A DNA stretch of 62,834 nucleotides, the filler included, from Rhabdomonas costata (Eukaryota): assembly GCA_019059605.1 (NCBI GenBank). It is 29 parts of 29 records of this genome, joined end to end, with 100 filler letters (N's around TTAATTAATTAA, not from the genome) between each part and the next. Parts side by side here need not be neighbours in the genome. Positions count along the whole stretch, not along the records: positions 21,712 to 23,782 come from JAHMHO010005899.1; positions 23,883 to 25,952 come from JAHMHO010005900.1; positions 26,053 to 28,118 come from JAHMHO010005901.1; positions 28,219 to 30,288 come from JAHMHO010005902.1; positions 30,389 to 32,458 come from JAHMHO010005903.1; positions 32,559 to 34,628 come from JAHMHO010005904.1; 23 more parts are not named here. One strand, 5' to 3'. The position numbers and the translations under genes were made by a program. Shown here in pieces: positions 23,422 through 34,621 of the stretch; within the stretch, counting starts at the first letter, position 1, and each line of letters opens with the position of its first letter. The notes beneath the pieces were generated by a model. The model made no database searches. It was not told the DNA's origin and saw only the letters and a list, made by a program, of their open reading frames with translations.

Positions 23422-24358
23422 TTGTCGTAAGTTAGCCCCAACAAAAGAACGGTGCTACTACACGCGATGCACATGACAGGGGAGCGTGCATGACCTCACC
23501 TCCATTTTAACTAACGTCTCCGCAAGGAACTCAACGGTCGGCTGGCCTTCTTTGGAATTTCATTGCGTGTGCTCGGATGGACCATAAAGCAAATTCGTCA
23601 GGAACAATTTTCAGGCACAGTCCTGACCAATGCCGAAAAAACGATTATGCTCGAAATACCCTTGTGTGATGAGGTGGTTCTGGTTAACATTTGCATTTGG
23701 GCAAATCCTTATTCTGAAACATGCGGCGGCCCCATAGCAATAATTATGGGATCACTAATCCACCATATTTCAAAAAAAACACNNNNNNNNNNNNNNNNNN
23801 NNNNNNNNNNNNNNNNNNNNNNNNNNTTAATTAATTAANNNNNNNNNNNNNNNNNNNNNNNNNNNNNNNNNNNNNNNNNNNNGTTGTTGGTGTGTGGTTC
23901 TATGCAACTGTGTGTTTTGGTTTTTTTTTTGGGGGGGGGGGTGAGGTCGACTTTTCATAGGACCCCATTCATATGTGAAATCCGAGGATGCGTCGAGGTA
24001 GTGCAAAGTGCGGGGATAATTGAACAGAAGAACAGAGGCTGTGGTGGGCAACACACAGGGAGAAAGATAGATGCAGATGTAAATGCCGTTAGTGGCCAGA
24101 TTACGTTCCTTACGATGCCTTTACATATGCCCCTAAGCTGCCGTTAGAAGCCATTGGATGCCCATGCTCACCATTCACCACCGCTAGATGCCGCCGCTAA
24201 ACGTCAATATTCAACCGCTGGATACCTGTACAGGCCATTGGTGGTCAAATTACTTCCTTACGATGCCTTTGCATACTAGTAAAGTTTGTTCCGCCTTCGT
24301 GGCCGTGGCCGCGCTTTTGGTGGGAAACGTCCCCCACCCCGCGCACACGTAGACATAC

Positions 24359-25603
24359 GGCGCATGTTCTCCAGGCGCTTCTCCTCCTTCTCCCGCGCGA
24401 TGAGCTCCCGCTCGGCCTTCTCCGCCTCGTGTCCCCCACGACCCCTTTTTTGTGTACGGGGTGCCCATTGTGGTCGGTGGTGCTCTTGTGATGACGTTTC
24501 GTGCCCCCTTTTGTGCTGAAAAAATATGCCTCGACAACGTGCTGCAGGCAAGCTGGAGGTACAAGGGGACGAATGAGTGCGCATCGTAAACGTAAAAAAA
24601 AAGGGGTAAACGCTAAAAAAAAAAAAGAAGAGAAAAAACTGGAGCCCTGCAGGCCAGAGGCAAAATGGAAGCCACAGGAACATAACCTGTTGTGTGTGTA
24701 CGCCAGATCACAGCTCCGCCAAACTTGGTGAAGTCTCTGAAACTAAAGAAAAATGTTTTTTCTTTTGCGCGAACTTCACCTTTGATACAGGATTGCACCA
24801 GGGAAAAAACCGAGAGAAAAGGAAGATCAGTAACACCGCTGAATATATGTAAGAATACATGTATCCGAAAATACAACCAACTGTAATTGCAAAAAGGAAA
24901 GCAGAGGACATTATCTTTTCACCTGTCTTTTACACTTCACCGTACCCTCCAACCTCAAGTGGAGCCAACCGAAAGGAGGGGGGAGGCAGCACCACGCGTC
25001 GGTCATCCTGCGCTCCTCGTCAAACACAGGACGGTCGTCAAGGTGTCGCAGCTGCGCACACCCCGCACACTCACACAGGAGACGTTCGCCTCAGGGTGTT
25101 GTGAGAACTTGCTGTGTTCAGTTGTTCAGCCAGAAGCTCCCAAAAGGGGGGAGCACATCCACATTCTCTCTCTGTGCGTTTCTTCTGCTGGGAAGTTGCC
25201 CTCCTACCGCCCGTGATGGGGAGTCTGTCGAAATGCCATTAAAGTGACCCTCTTTCATCAGACGGATGTGAAACGCAGGTGTGTTTCAGCGTCCTTCATC
25301 ATATTTTTTGTTTTGTTTTTATTATTGCCCTTTTCCTTGGAGGATTTTCCTTTGAGGATGCTCCGCCGGAAGGTCGACAATGTGTGGTCATTTCTCGCAT
25401 GCAAGCCTCGCTGACGCGATGCAGGACGCAAGCACCCAAGCCCGCAACTCCGTGCTGACCCTCGATTCAGAATCCGCACTGCAGCCGCACGCCGACATGG
25501 AGGGGGGGGGGAGGGAAGGCGCAGGATGGTGAGGTTGGGCATCCGCGCCAAAAGATCCACCACCCCGGGGTCCTCCAGCTGGTTCCGCGACAGGTCGAGC
25601 ACA
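24359..25603 (-). CDS. DNAAF1: Dynein axonemal assembly factor 1 (LRRC50/ODA7), internal exons
   Basis: Exons ~25523-25603 (VLDLSRNQLEDPGVVDLLARMPNLTIL), 24993-25051 (LRHLDDRPVFDEERRMTDAW) and 24359-24444 (GRGGHEAEKAERE) match the DNAAF1 'LDDRPVF..R..AEAWARGG..AEKEER' region. Confidence 0.85.
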
Positions 25604-26142
25604 CTGCGCCAAACCCCTCTCAGATTGACCCCACACGTACACACGCACATGTCTAATCTCTCTCTCACTCTACGAAAAAAGAGGAAAAGGTCTGCACATT
25701 GAGCAGTGCCACGGATGAAGGCTGCGTTGCAGGGGGACCTTCAGGACTCAAGAATGGCGCATTAGGTCTTGAAAACGCTTTTCAGCACGTTTCATCTTTG
25801 CCCGCCAGCAATTAATCAACATCTCGTCTCCCCAACAGTGCCCAAGGTCGTTTTCTTCCGCACCCCGCATTCCGTGGTTTCATGTTCGGCACCCCATGCA
25901 CAATGAGGTTAGCCCCAGATGGCAACATGGCTAACTGTGTGGCGGGTTAGCGNNNNNNNNNNNNNNNNNNNNNNNNNNNNNNNNNNNNNNNNNNNNTTAA
26001 TTAATTAANNNNNNNNNNNNNNNNNNNNNNNNNNNNNNNNNNNNNNNNNNNNCCTTCAGGTAAGCGTGGAAACAAAAAGAAACGACGTTCGTGCGAGGGT
26101 GGGGCAAATCCCGCATGGATGGGTGCCATGGGTGACAGCAAC

Positions 26143-28118
26143 CTTGAAAGTGAAAGTCCCGCGGTAGACACAGGGAAAGCGCGCGGAGACCAGCTCGACA
26201 CTCGCCGCGCTGAGCTGAATCGCATCCGGGACCCCACCCGCCTCAATCCGGCTGGCAATGTTCACCGTGGGCCCTAGTTGAAGGGGCAGTCAGTCCAGAA
26301 AAAGGGCCGACGCACCACCGCTACGGTTCACAATACGACGGACCACCGCCTTCGAGAACAAAGGCAAGCGCGCAGCCGCGACGGGACAACGGGACAAACC
26401 GCTGCCACCACCCATGCCGCTGTCGTGCGGAATGTTCTGCTTCCTATTTTCGGTGGGCATTGATGAGCCGAAGGGAACATAAAAGGTAGCCCACACTGGA
26501 CGTTGCGAGAATAGAAGAGGCTGCAACTGAAAGATCACACCAACACACCCCACAGTCAGGCAAGCACGTTCCAGAATAACGGAACTAGAACGAACAAGCC
26601 AATAAGAACGGGGGGAACGGGGAGGGGGGACACATTCCCCACAGGTCGTAGCTGAACTTAGTGCACCCGATCACCCCCGCAACCACCGGCCCGGAGTGCA
26701 GCCCCACCCGCAGCGACATCGGCGGGCCCTCCCCCAGCGTGAACTGTGCCGCTCCCAGAAGCATCCTCTGCGCCACCGCGACGACGTCCTGCGCCGCGCT
26801 GGCGAAGGCTTCGGCGGAGTCCTCACCGGGGATGCCCGCGAACATGTACCTGAGAGTACAGCAAGAGAGAAAAAAAGAACCAGGACACACATGCACGCAT
26901 GACCACATAAAAAAGGCAAAATTCAAAAAGAAGACTGCTGCACCCGCGTTCCCAACAACAAAGGAGAGCAATAGCATACGCGTCTCCGATCGTCTTGATC
27001 TTCTCCACCCCGTGCTCCAGGCACAGCGTGTCGAACAGAGTGAAGACCTCGTTCAGGGTGGCCACCAGGGTGTCCGGGGAGGTCCGCTCGCACAGCCCCG
27101 TGAACCCCACGATGTCCACGAAGCACACCGTCACGCAGGGGTGGGCGTCGCAGATGTGCGGGTTGGTGTGCAGCATCAGCTGCTGCTGCAATCGGTCGCT
27201 GATGGGCTCGGGAAGGACATTTAGGAGCAGCCTGTGGGGAAGCGAGAAGGCAGAGAATAATACCAGCGACATCCTGAGAGACACAAGCAGAACGGAGAGA
27301 CCAAACTGAATTGTTGAATGGCTTTTGTCTTTCCTGAGGTACACCATGCTTCTGGATGAGCAGATCAGAAATACACGAGAGGGCGATAGCCGGCACCAAA
27401 CCGCCACATAAAAAAGCACAAGCGCACTCAAAAAAGCACATAACAGAAAACCCGTATTGCTGTTTGCAAAGGCGACATGTCTTCAAAGGCTATCCATGCA
27501 CATTGACGATAGCTAAGCCGTAGCAGACACCGGGTAATTTGAATAAACAGCACGTCTCCCAAAAGACTACGCAATTCAATGCATTTGCAGGCTTCTCACA
27601 AAGCTTCGAGCAGCAACTCCGGATGAACTCATGCAACCCTTAACCAAACTTCCAAAACCGCAAAACTGCTGCACACAGGATTTCCTTCGGGGACCTTCGG
27701 GACACGGGAAAAATTGTGAAAAAAGTCCATCCATCGACTGCACCAATCAATAAGCTCCCAAAAGCACAAAAGAAAACCTTTGGGAGAGCTCGTGCTTGAT
27801 GGATGCACTCTGCCGGTAGAACTGAAGCACATCCCGAACCCTCACCTGCGCCATCGAGGTCACCAGCAGGGGCAGAGAGGCCTGCAACGCAGTGCTCAGC
27901 AGCTCCTGCACGGACCGGTCGGGCCCACAGCCTGGGCGGCCGTTCACCCAGTGCAGCCCAAACAGAACCAATGGCGTGGCCGAGCAGGCCAGCAGCACCG
28001 CAAGGGCCTGCCCCCGGGAGCCCATCATGCTCACCATTAGCACCCCAATGAAGGACCACAGGAAGCTGCCCTGCCCGTTCGACGAAAAGTCGCACTCGCA
28101 CGCCCACACCAGCACAGG
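26143..28118 (-). CDS. Membrane class III adenylate cyclase (TM region plus catalytic domain)
   Basis: Exons 27778-28118, 26980-27231, 26638-26849 and 26143-26273 give [61 protein letters not shown]. The substrate-specifying K and D indicate ATP specificity. Confidence 0.95.
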
Positions 28119-28299
28119 NNNNNNNNNNNNNNNNNNNNNNNNNNNNNNNNNNNNNNNNNNNNTTAATTAATTAANNNNNNNNNNNNNNNNNNNNNNNNNN
28201 NNNNNNNNNNNNNNNNNNACAAAATCTGGGAAGATTGAAGTGCATCCTCAAAATGATGATCGTGTATGCTTTATTCTACCGTGATACCGTGATACTCAG

Positions 28300-28551
28300 G
28301 ATGGCAACACCATCGTTGTGGGCGTGAAGACCGACGCGGGGCCCTCTTTTCTGGTCGCTGAGGAGGGCCTGGAGCCGATCCCCAACGCCTCCACTCAGTT
28401 CCCCGCTGGCTCCCGGGTCCGAATTGAGCCCGGCAAGGTGTACCCCAAGCACGACGTCAAGGCCGCGGAGCTGTGCCTTCCCAAGTGGGTCATGGGCGCC
28501 AAGCCCGCACTGGTGACCACGGGAAAAGTTCTCAGCAGCAGCGCGAAGTGA
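28300..28551 (+). CDS. Terminal exon of an uncharacterised protein
   Basis: AG acceptor at 28298-28299, GC3-rich ORF DGNTIVVGVKTDAGPSFLVAEEG...VLSSSAK*. Confidence 0.6.
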   Translation, partial: DGNTIVVGVKTDAGPSFLVAEEGLEPIPNASTQFPAGSRVRIEPGKVYPKHDVKAAELCLPKWVMGAKPALVTTGKVLSSSAK

Positions 28552-29350
28552 GGGTGCGTTTTGGGAGGCGCACTTTTTGCGGTGAGACCTGCGTCCGGCC
28601 CACCGCTTCCAGTAGACGGACTGCTAGCACACTGCTTCCATACAAGAGCAAGGGCTTGCCTGAGGCGGGCTTCAGGCGGCTTTCTCTTTTGCTGCGTGTG
28701 AGTAACCTTGATGGATGTGACACACCCCAGAACGGTTCCTTCGATGTTTTTTTGGCGGGGTTCAGAAGAGAAGGGCCTAAGCCCCGAAAGATGTGTCGAG
28801 TAATCGCGCATTCGACATAGAAAGTAAGGCTTCGACGGAGGCAGAGAGTGCTCTCGGTTGACAGCTCCATTTTACGGTGGTTTGAGGAGTGTCAGATGCT
28901 GGGTGTATTTATGACTTGGAGCCTCGCTTGTGGTTTGAAGACAGTGCAGTGGTGGGAGGGTGCGGGTTCCCCGAGGAACTAATGGGCCTGACGGCGTGAT
29001 GACGCCCTTGTCCTTTGGTTAACCCTTGTCGAGGTTGATGATAAGACAATGTTGTCCCGTTGGTACCGGAGCAAGTTGTCTTTCGTTTGTGATGGTGTCG
29101 AGAGAGAGAGAGAGGGGGGGAGTTTTTTTTTTCGTTCGCGCACAGCTTTCTGTGCTTCACCGTCGCTTCACTTTGCTCTTCCCCGATTCGAGGCTGATAT
29201 ACGGAGCGTGCCCTGGTTCTCAATGATGGTTCGGTTGTCACCCAACAGGAGGCTGTACAGGAGCCGGACAGATTGCAGTGCCCACAATCGGCTGATACGG
29301 AGTTAGGCACACCGCCACCGTCTCTTTTCGGCCTTCTCTCTCAACCGGAA

Positions 29351-29524
29351 ATGCGCGAGTTCGAGGTTCGTGACGAAAGCCGATCCTACATCGTGCAGAC
29401 ATCCCTGGGCCATGGGGGGTGCGGCCGTATCTACCTTGCCATGGATAAGGCGACCAAGATGCCGGTGGTCATTAAGGATGCGCTAGGTATGAGCCTTGGC
29501 CTAACAGAGATTCAAAGCAGAGAG
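29351..29524 (+). CDS. Ser/Thr protein kinase, first exon (subdomains I-III)
   Basis: YIVQTSLGHGGCGRIYLAMDKATKMPVVIKD...RE shows the GxGxxG loop, the VxIK lysine and the alphaC Glu, followed by a GT donor. Confidence 0.82.
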
Positions 29525-30185
29525 GTACATGTCATGTTAGGGAGCAACGGTTTGCGCAGCCACACGCCAGCAGCTCCGTGTCATAGCGTCAAAAGCAGCA
29601 GCGCAACACCCCAACCTCCTGCGTGAATATAAAATTCAGGCCCTATGGCATTTTGGGGACCCCTCCGTATCAAGTGTATTTTGGGGACTCCCGCCCTGTT
29701 TTCGGCGTATTTTACGGACCCAAGGTTACCCACGCGAGACAGTCCATCCGCCCGTTGGGGATCAGGTGTATTTTACGGACCCTCGCAATCCCACAGGAGG
29801 CAAGCAAAGAAACACGGCAGTCTTTCAAAAGGTCTCCAGGATTGTTTGCCAATGGAGGGTGCCAAGGGTTCATCCTCACACGTAACTCAGGGTGCAACAG
29901 GGGTAGTGGTATCATGCCGCAACGTATCTCAAGGTGTTTTGGTGCAGAGGGTGTGTCTGGTGTTCCGGTGCAACTTCTGCTACGTGGTGGTTGTCGTTGG
30001 AACGAGGGACCCAGTGCAAGTTGGGGACCGAGTGACTCGATGATGCATCCTGGCTATCTCTAGTATCTGTAGGGTGATGGTTACATTCACCACCAAGGCA
30101 TGACCCACACTGATCAAGCGTCCAGAGGGCCCTCACACTGCTCACACTCCTCACATCACCCTCAGAGTTGGGGCTGCCTAACCAA

Positions 30186-30229
30186 GAGGTGAGGTGAGGT
30201 GAGGTGAAGTGAGGTGAACTGAGGTGAGG
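30186..30229. repeat. (GAGGT)n-type pentamer microsatellite
   Basis: GAGGTGAGGTGAGGTGAGGTGAAGTGAGGTGAACTGAGGTGAGG. Confidence 0.85.
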
Positions 30230-30710
30230 GCCCACCATCAGGCCACAGTCCCAACCGCTATGCCAACCTTTCAACGGGGCTCCTGGTANNNNNNNNNNNN
30301 NNNNNNNNNNNNNNNNNNNNNNNNNNNNNNNNTTAATTAATTAANNNNNNNNNNNNNNNNNNNNNNNNNNNNNNNNNNNNNNNNNNNNGTTTTGTGTTTC
30401 CAATCCATCCCAAAACAAGCAGGAAATCCAGGCAGCTTTTCGGCCCATGAATCATTTTTCCACGAGGAGGGGGATGACCATTCGACCCCAACCATGGACA
30501 GCAGATGTGAATGTGAATATATAAACTTTCACCCACAGGCCGTAAATCTCTGTTGCGCGTGTATCAAAAATGGACGAATATGACCGGACTCAGCTGCACA
30601 AGACCTCATTAGACCCAGGGAGTAAAAAGAGAGTAAATATGAAAACTAGTGGACAGGATAAGGGTTAGGCAGCAATAAAAAAAACACTGTTCGCGCGCGT
30701 GCGTCGTGAC

Positions 30711-31645
30711 CGGTGCACGTCGATGTCGATCTCAAAGTATCTGTCAGTGAGGTAGAAGGAGGAGGTGTCCCGCACAACAAAGGGCTTAGCATTGTACTTG
30801 TAGATCAGGGCCCGAGTAGCCGCGTTGAAGCCACACTCACCCGGGTTGACGTTGCGTGCAATGCACTTAAATCTTCTCCGCAGCGGATCCCCGGGCTGAG
30901 CCTCAACAAAGCGCTTCAGGAGAAGCATTCCCGGGGTCGGCCTACACACCATGAATCAGGCCGCAGCCAGAAAATGTCGCCGCAATCAGTTCATTCTTTT
31001 TCATCCTGGACAGTCAAACGTGTGACCCCCAATTCTCCACTTGGCCTGCTATAGTAATGTTCTGGGGTGGTGTCCCTTGCTTCTGAGCATGCTGTTTCCT
31101 TTCCGCACACAGGTGCAGTCCTATAAGGGCTTTTTAAATAAATTTCTAAATAAATTCGACGCAATGAATGAACCGCTGTTAAACCACTCGAGCCCAGCAA
31201 AGGGTTCCAAGACCGGAACACCAACGCTCAAGATTCAAGATATGACTAAAATGAGGTTTCCCACACCCCAAACATTGCAAGGGCGACACGAGGACAGGAA
31301 GAAACACCGTGGACGCAATCTTTTTTCACCAAACAGAAGCAGAGAGTCATTGCCATCTGCACTTTGGGGAACCGCTGACAGAAAGAGTGAGAGGGATCCC
31401 TGGCGGGAAAAAGCAATCAAGAACTTGTTTTGGTACAGTGCTCGGCGGGACCGCTGCGAGAGCCTGGCGTAGATGCTCACGCACCACCCCTCGCCATCGC
31501 CAGCGGTGTAGATGAATCCTGGGGCATAGCTAGGGACCATCAAGTTGATCACAATTGTGGCGGGGAGGCCCGTCCGCGAACGCTCGGTATCCTCAGGCAG
31601 GTTCACATACTGGCCGAAGTGAGGTTTCTGTTGCAGATCCACGAG
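30711..31645 (-). CDS. EDR2 C-terminal domain (DUF1336)-like protein, two exons
   Basis: LPATIVINLMVPSYAP...IYARLS (exon ends 31425) splices to exon 30711-30941 RFKCIARNVNP..LIYKYNAKPFVVR..YFEIDIDVHR. Confidence 0.78.
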
Positions 31646-32185
31646 TCACACACACACACACTTATAAGAATACAGTGTAGATTTAAAACTTTCTGATTTC
31701 CGTCAATTTTATGGCAATTCAAAAAATTCCAAAATACGTACCTTCGGAAAGATCCAGAAAAATCAGAGGCTACATTTTGGATCCGAAAAATATGTTATCA
31801 TCATCAATGCGAACACGCAAAGTCTTTCGGCGTCACCTCTTTGGGAGGTAATGGAAATATGACTTGGTATTGGGTCAAAAAATTTCTGACATCGCACGAA
31901 AGAATAATGCGGCTTGTCCTACCTTGTCATTGAGACTCCCGGATCGTGGATCGTGGGTTTCATACCAAAAAAATTTCGCCCAAAACTACTCGTAAAACGG
32001 TAACCTGAAGGCTTAAACTAATACCTTCAGTTACGCCAAAAGCTCAAAACGTTCCTCTACCCAACCATTTCGAACATTTCAGACACACTTCGTACGATAC
32101 CAAAGGCAAGTAAACACCACTTCTCATAGCCTAAAACTATAAAAGCACAAACAAACCAAAAAAAAACATAGCCAAGCACCACACG

Positions 32186-32298
32186 AAGCAGCAGAAGCAC
32201 TAACTGCAGCAGCCGGCAGCACTCAGCAGCAGCGGTAGCAGCGGCAGCAGCAAAAGAAGCAGCAGCGGCAGCAGCAAAAGAAGCAGCAGCAGAAGCAG
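32186..32298. repeat. GCA-rich low-complexity tract with a 24-bp tandem duplication
   Basis: GCAGCGGCAGCAGCAAAAGAAGCA occurs twice within (GCA)n. Confidence 0.85.
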
Positions 32299-32578
32299 AG
32301 TTCACGCAAAATCGGACGACGAAGGCATAGACGGTGCCCATTTTATGCACAGTCTCACCCCCTACCCCCCACTCTCTATCCGTGTTAACTTGATCCCTAA
32401 CCTGTCTTTGCAGCGGCATCCGGTGACTTGAACTCGTCGTTTCGTTTAAGGGTGTTCGNNNNNNNNNNNNNNNNNNNNNNNNNNNNNNNNNNNNNNNNNN
32501 NNTTAATTAATTAANNNNNNNNNNNNNNNNNNNNNNNNNNNNNNNNNNNNNNNNNNNNTTTTTGGTGTAGTGGCTTTT

Positions 32579-34621
32579 CGGCGACGATGCCCCCGACCGT
32601 GCCCCGAAAAGCCACTACACAAAAACAAAGGCACACCGGAAGTATTACATAGACCAGCCTTTTCTCGTACGCAGGTTCGGACGACAAGAACATTCGGGTG
32701 GTTCTAGTGGGCGGGGTCCACACACGGTTTCTTACCATTTTCGGTGACGGACAAAAGCGCCGATTGCCTGATGTATTGACCCGTGTGTGTGGAGCCGTGG
32801 GCGTCGAAAAGACAAGCCACTTGCAGTGATGTGTGAACCGCAACAGGATGCAATGGACTGTCGTCCTGATGGTGTTGCTGCGGATCGCCTTTGTTTGTTG
32901 AAATTGGTCATTGCTCAACACCCCAACAGTTGTGAAAGGGTTGCAATAAATGGTTGCATTTACGGAGGAAGAAACAAAATAGCACGACCAAAAGGGCGCG
33001 TAAATGAAAAGAATCTTACTTATGAATAAGCTTTGGGATCCGATTACGGCCACAACGATGAAGAGCAAAGGGCACACCAAGGCAGATTCAACTCATTTTT
33101 AACGGCCGGGGTTGTAAATCTTTGGATAAAGAGGGGTAAGGCGCGATCGCGGGACATGCGACATGTGGTGCGTGTCTTGCGGGCGGCCTTTTCTTTTCTT
33201 TCCAGCGCCGCTCTCCTTCACCTGTGTGTTTGTGTGTTTCTCTTCGGTCATCGCATCGTACAAACACGAACAAACAGACACAACCGTCCCTAAGTCAAAG
33301 AATGAAATGCTTCTAGTTCTTCGCCTGCGGGTTTTCTGGGCTCCGCGGTCCAGCTCAACCTTCTGAGGCCCTCGTCGTAATCGCGGCAGCGACCGCCGGG
33401 ACCAAGTGAATGGCTCTTGTCCCTTTGGCTTTCGCCTGGGCTTCTCCTTGACGTTCAGACTTGTTCACCGACGCCATGGGGGGCAACGGGCACAACGATG
33501 ATACCACCCTTGAGGGCTCTTGAGGGCAATGGGCACACTGATGGCCGGAACCAGGCGGGTTTGCGACACAGGCCGGCAAAGAGATCGGTTTTGGTTGCCC
33601 GCGAAGTTCAACTCAAGCCGGCCCGTATCAGGTTGGAGCAACAATTCATTCCATTGAATTTCGGGTGGAAGCAGATGAGGTCACTCACTACTGGACGCAG
33701 GAAAGGTGGAGGTCGTCATCGAAATACCCTCTTGCACCCTCTGGCTTTCTGCCTTGGACCTTTCTGCCTTGGAGTACCAGTTGCCACGTTCAATCCGACC
33801 ACAGCTCTGAATCGGACAGCTTTTCTGGTAGTAAACGCCGGGTAAGCTTTCTATACGGAATTCTGTAACTTTATGACAGGGTTCCGTAACGTTAACTCCA
33901 TGTGTGGATTTCGGTGACAAGTGGAAGTGATTTATTTAAGGAAGATAGTCTAATCTGAAGCTGATGGGTGAAATCCACGATGTAACTGGAAGAAGGAGGC
34001 ACCCAACACTATTCAAGGTGACAATCTCGCGAAGCTCGCGAGCACTCAGTTTAAGCGTGAAGACTTTGCACCGCTGCAAACTAGAGTTCAGAAGTACAGG
34101 GCGTAGAACACAAGAGCCGCCAGCAGAACGATGGCCAAAACTGCCCCCTGGAGAAAAAGCAAGCGGAGTCCTTTGATTCGAAAGCACAACTCCCTACTCT
34201 CAAACTTCTCCATACCTCAGTGTCGCAGGTGTGGTTGACCTTTTGACCCTTTGTTGCTCTTCCTTTGCCGTACTACTTGCCGCACAAAGTTAGAAATTTT
34301 CACACTGTAATGCTGCTTAATGTAAGCAACTTGACGTTTGGCTTCTTCATTATTTGCGACTCTTGTCGCATCCTGTTAACATGAGCTGAAAAAAGGATGA
34401 AAAAGGTTCTAGCTAGACACATTGTCACAAACCACAAATATCACCAACTGCTTTACTTGCTAAAACAGGGGCCAACTAAAACCTAGTCTTTGCCAACCTC
34501 ATAGCAACTGTGCCTTTTAAGGAATGCTACAGCAGCTCTAACCCGGACGACGGCGACGATGCCCCCGACCGTGCCCCGAAAAGCCACTACACAAAAACAA
34601 AGGCACACCGGAAGTATTACA
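32579..34621. repeat. 71-bp exact direct repeat at both ends of one contig (period 1972 bp)
   Basis: CGGCGACGATGCCCCCGACCGTGCCCCGAAAAGCCACTACACAAAAACAAAGGCACACCGGAAGTATTACA at 32579-32649 and 34551-34621. Confidence 0.93.
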
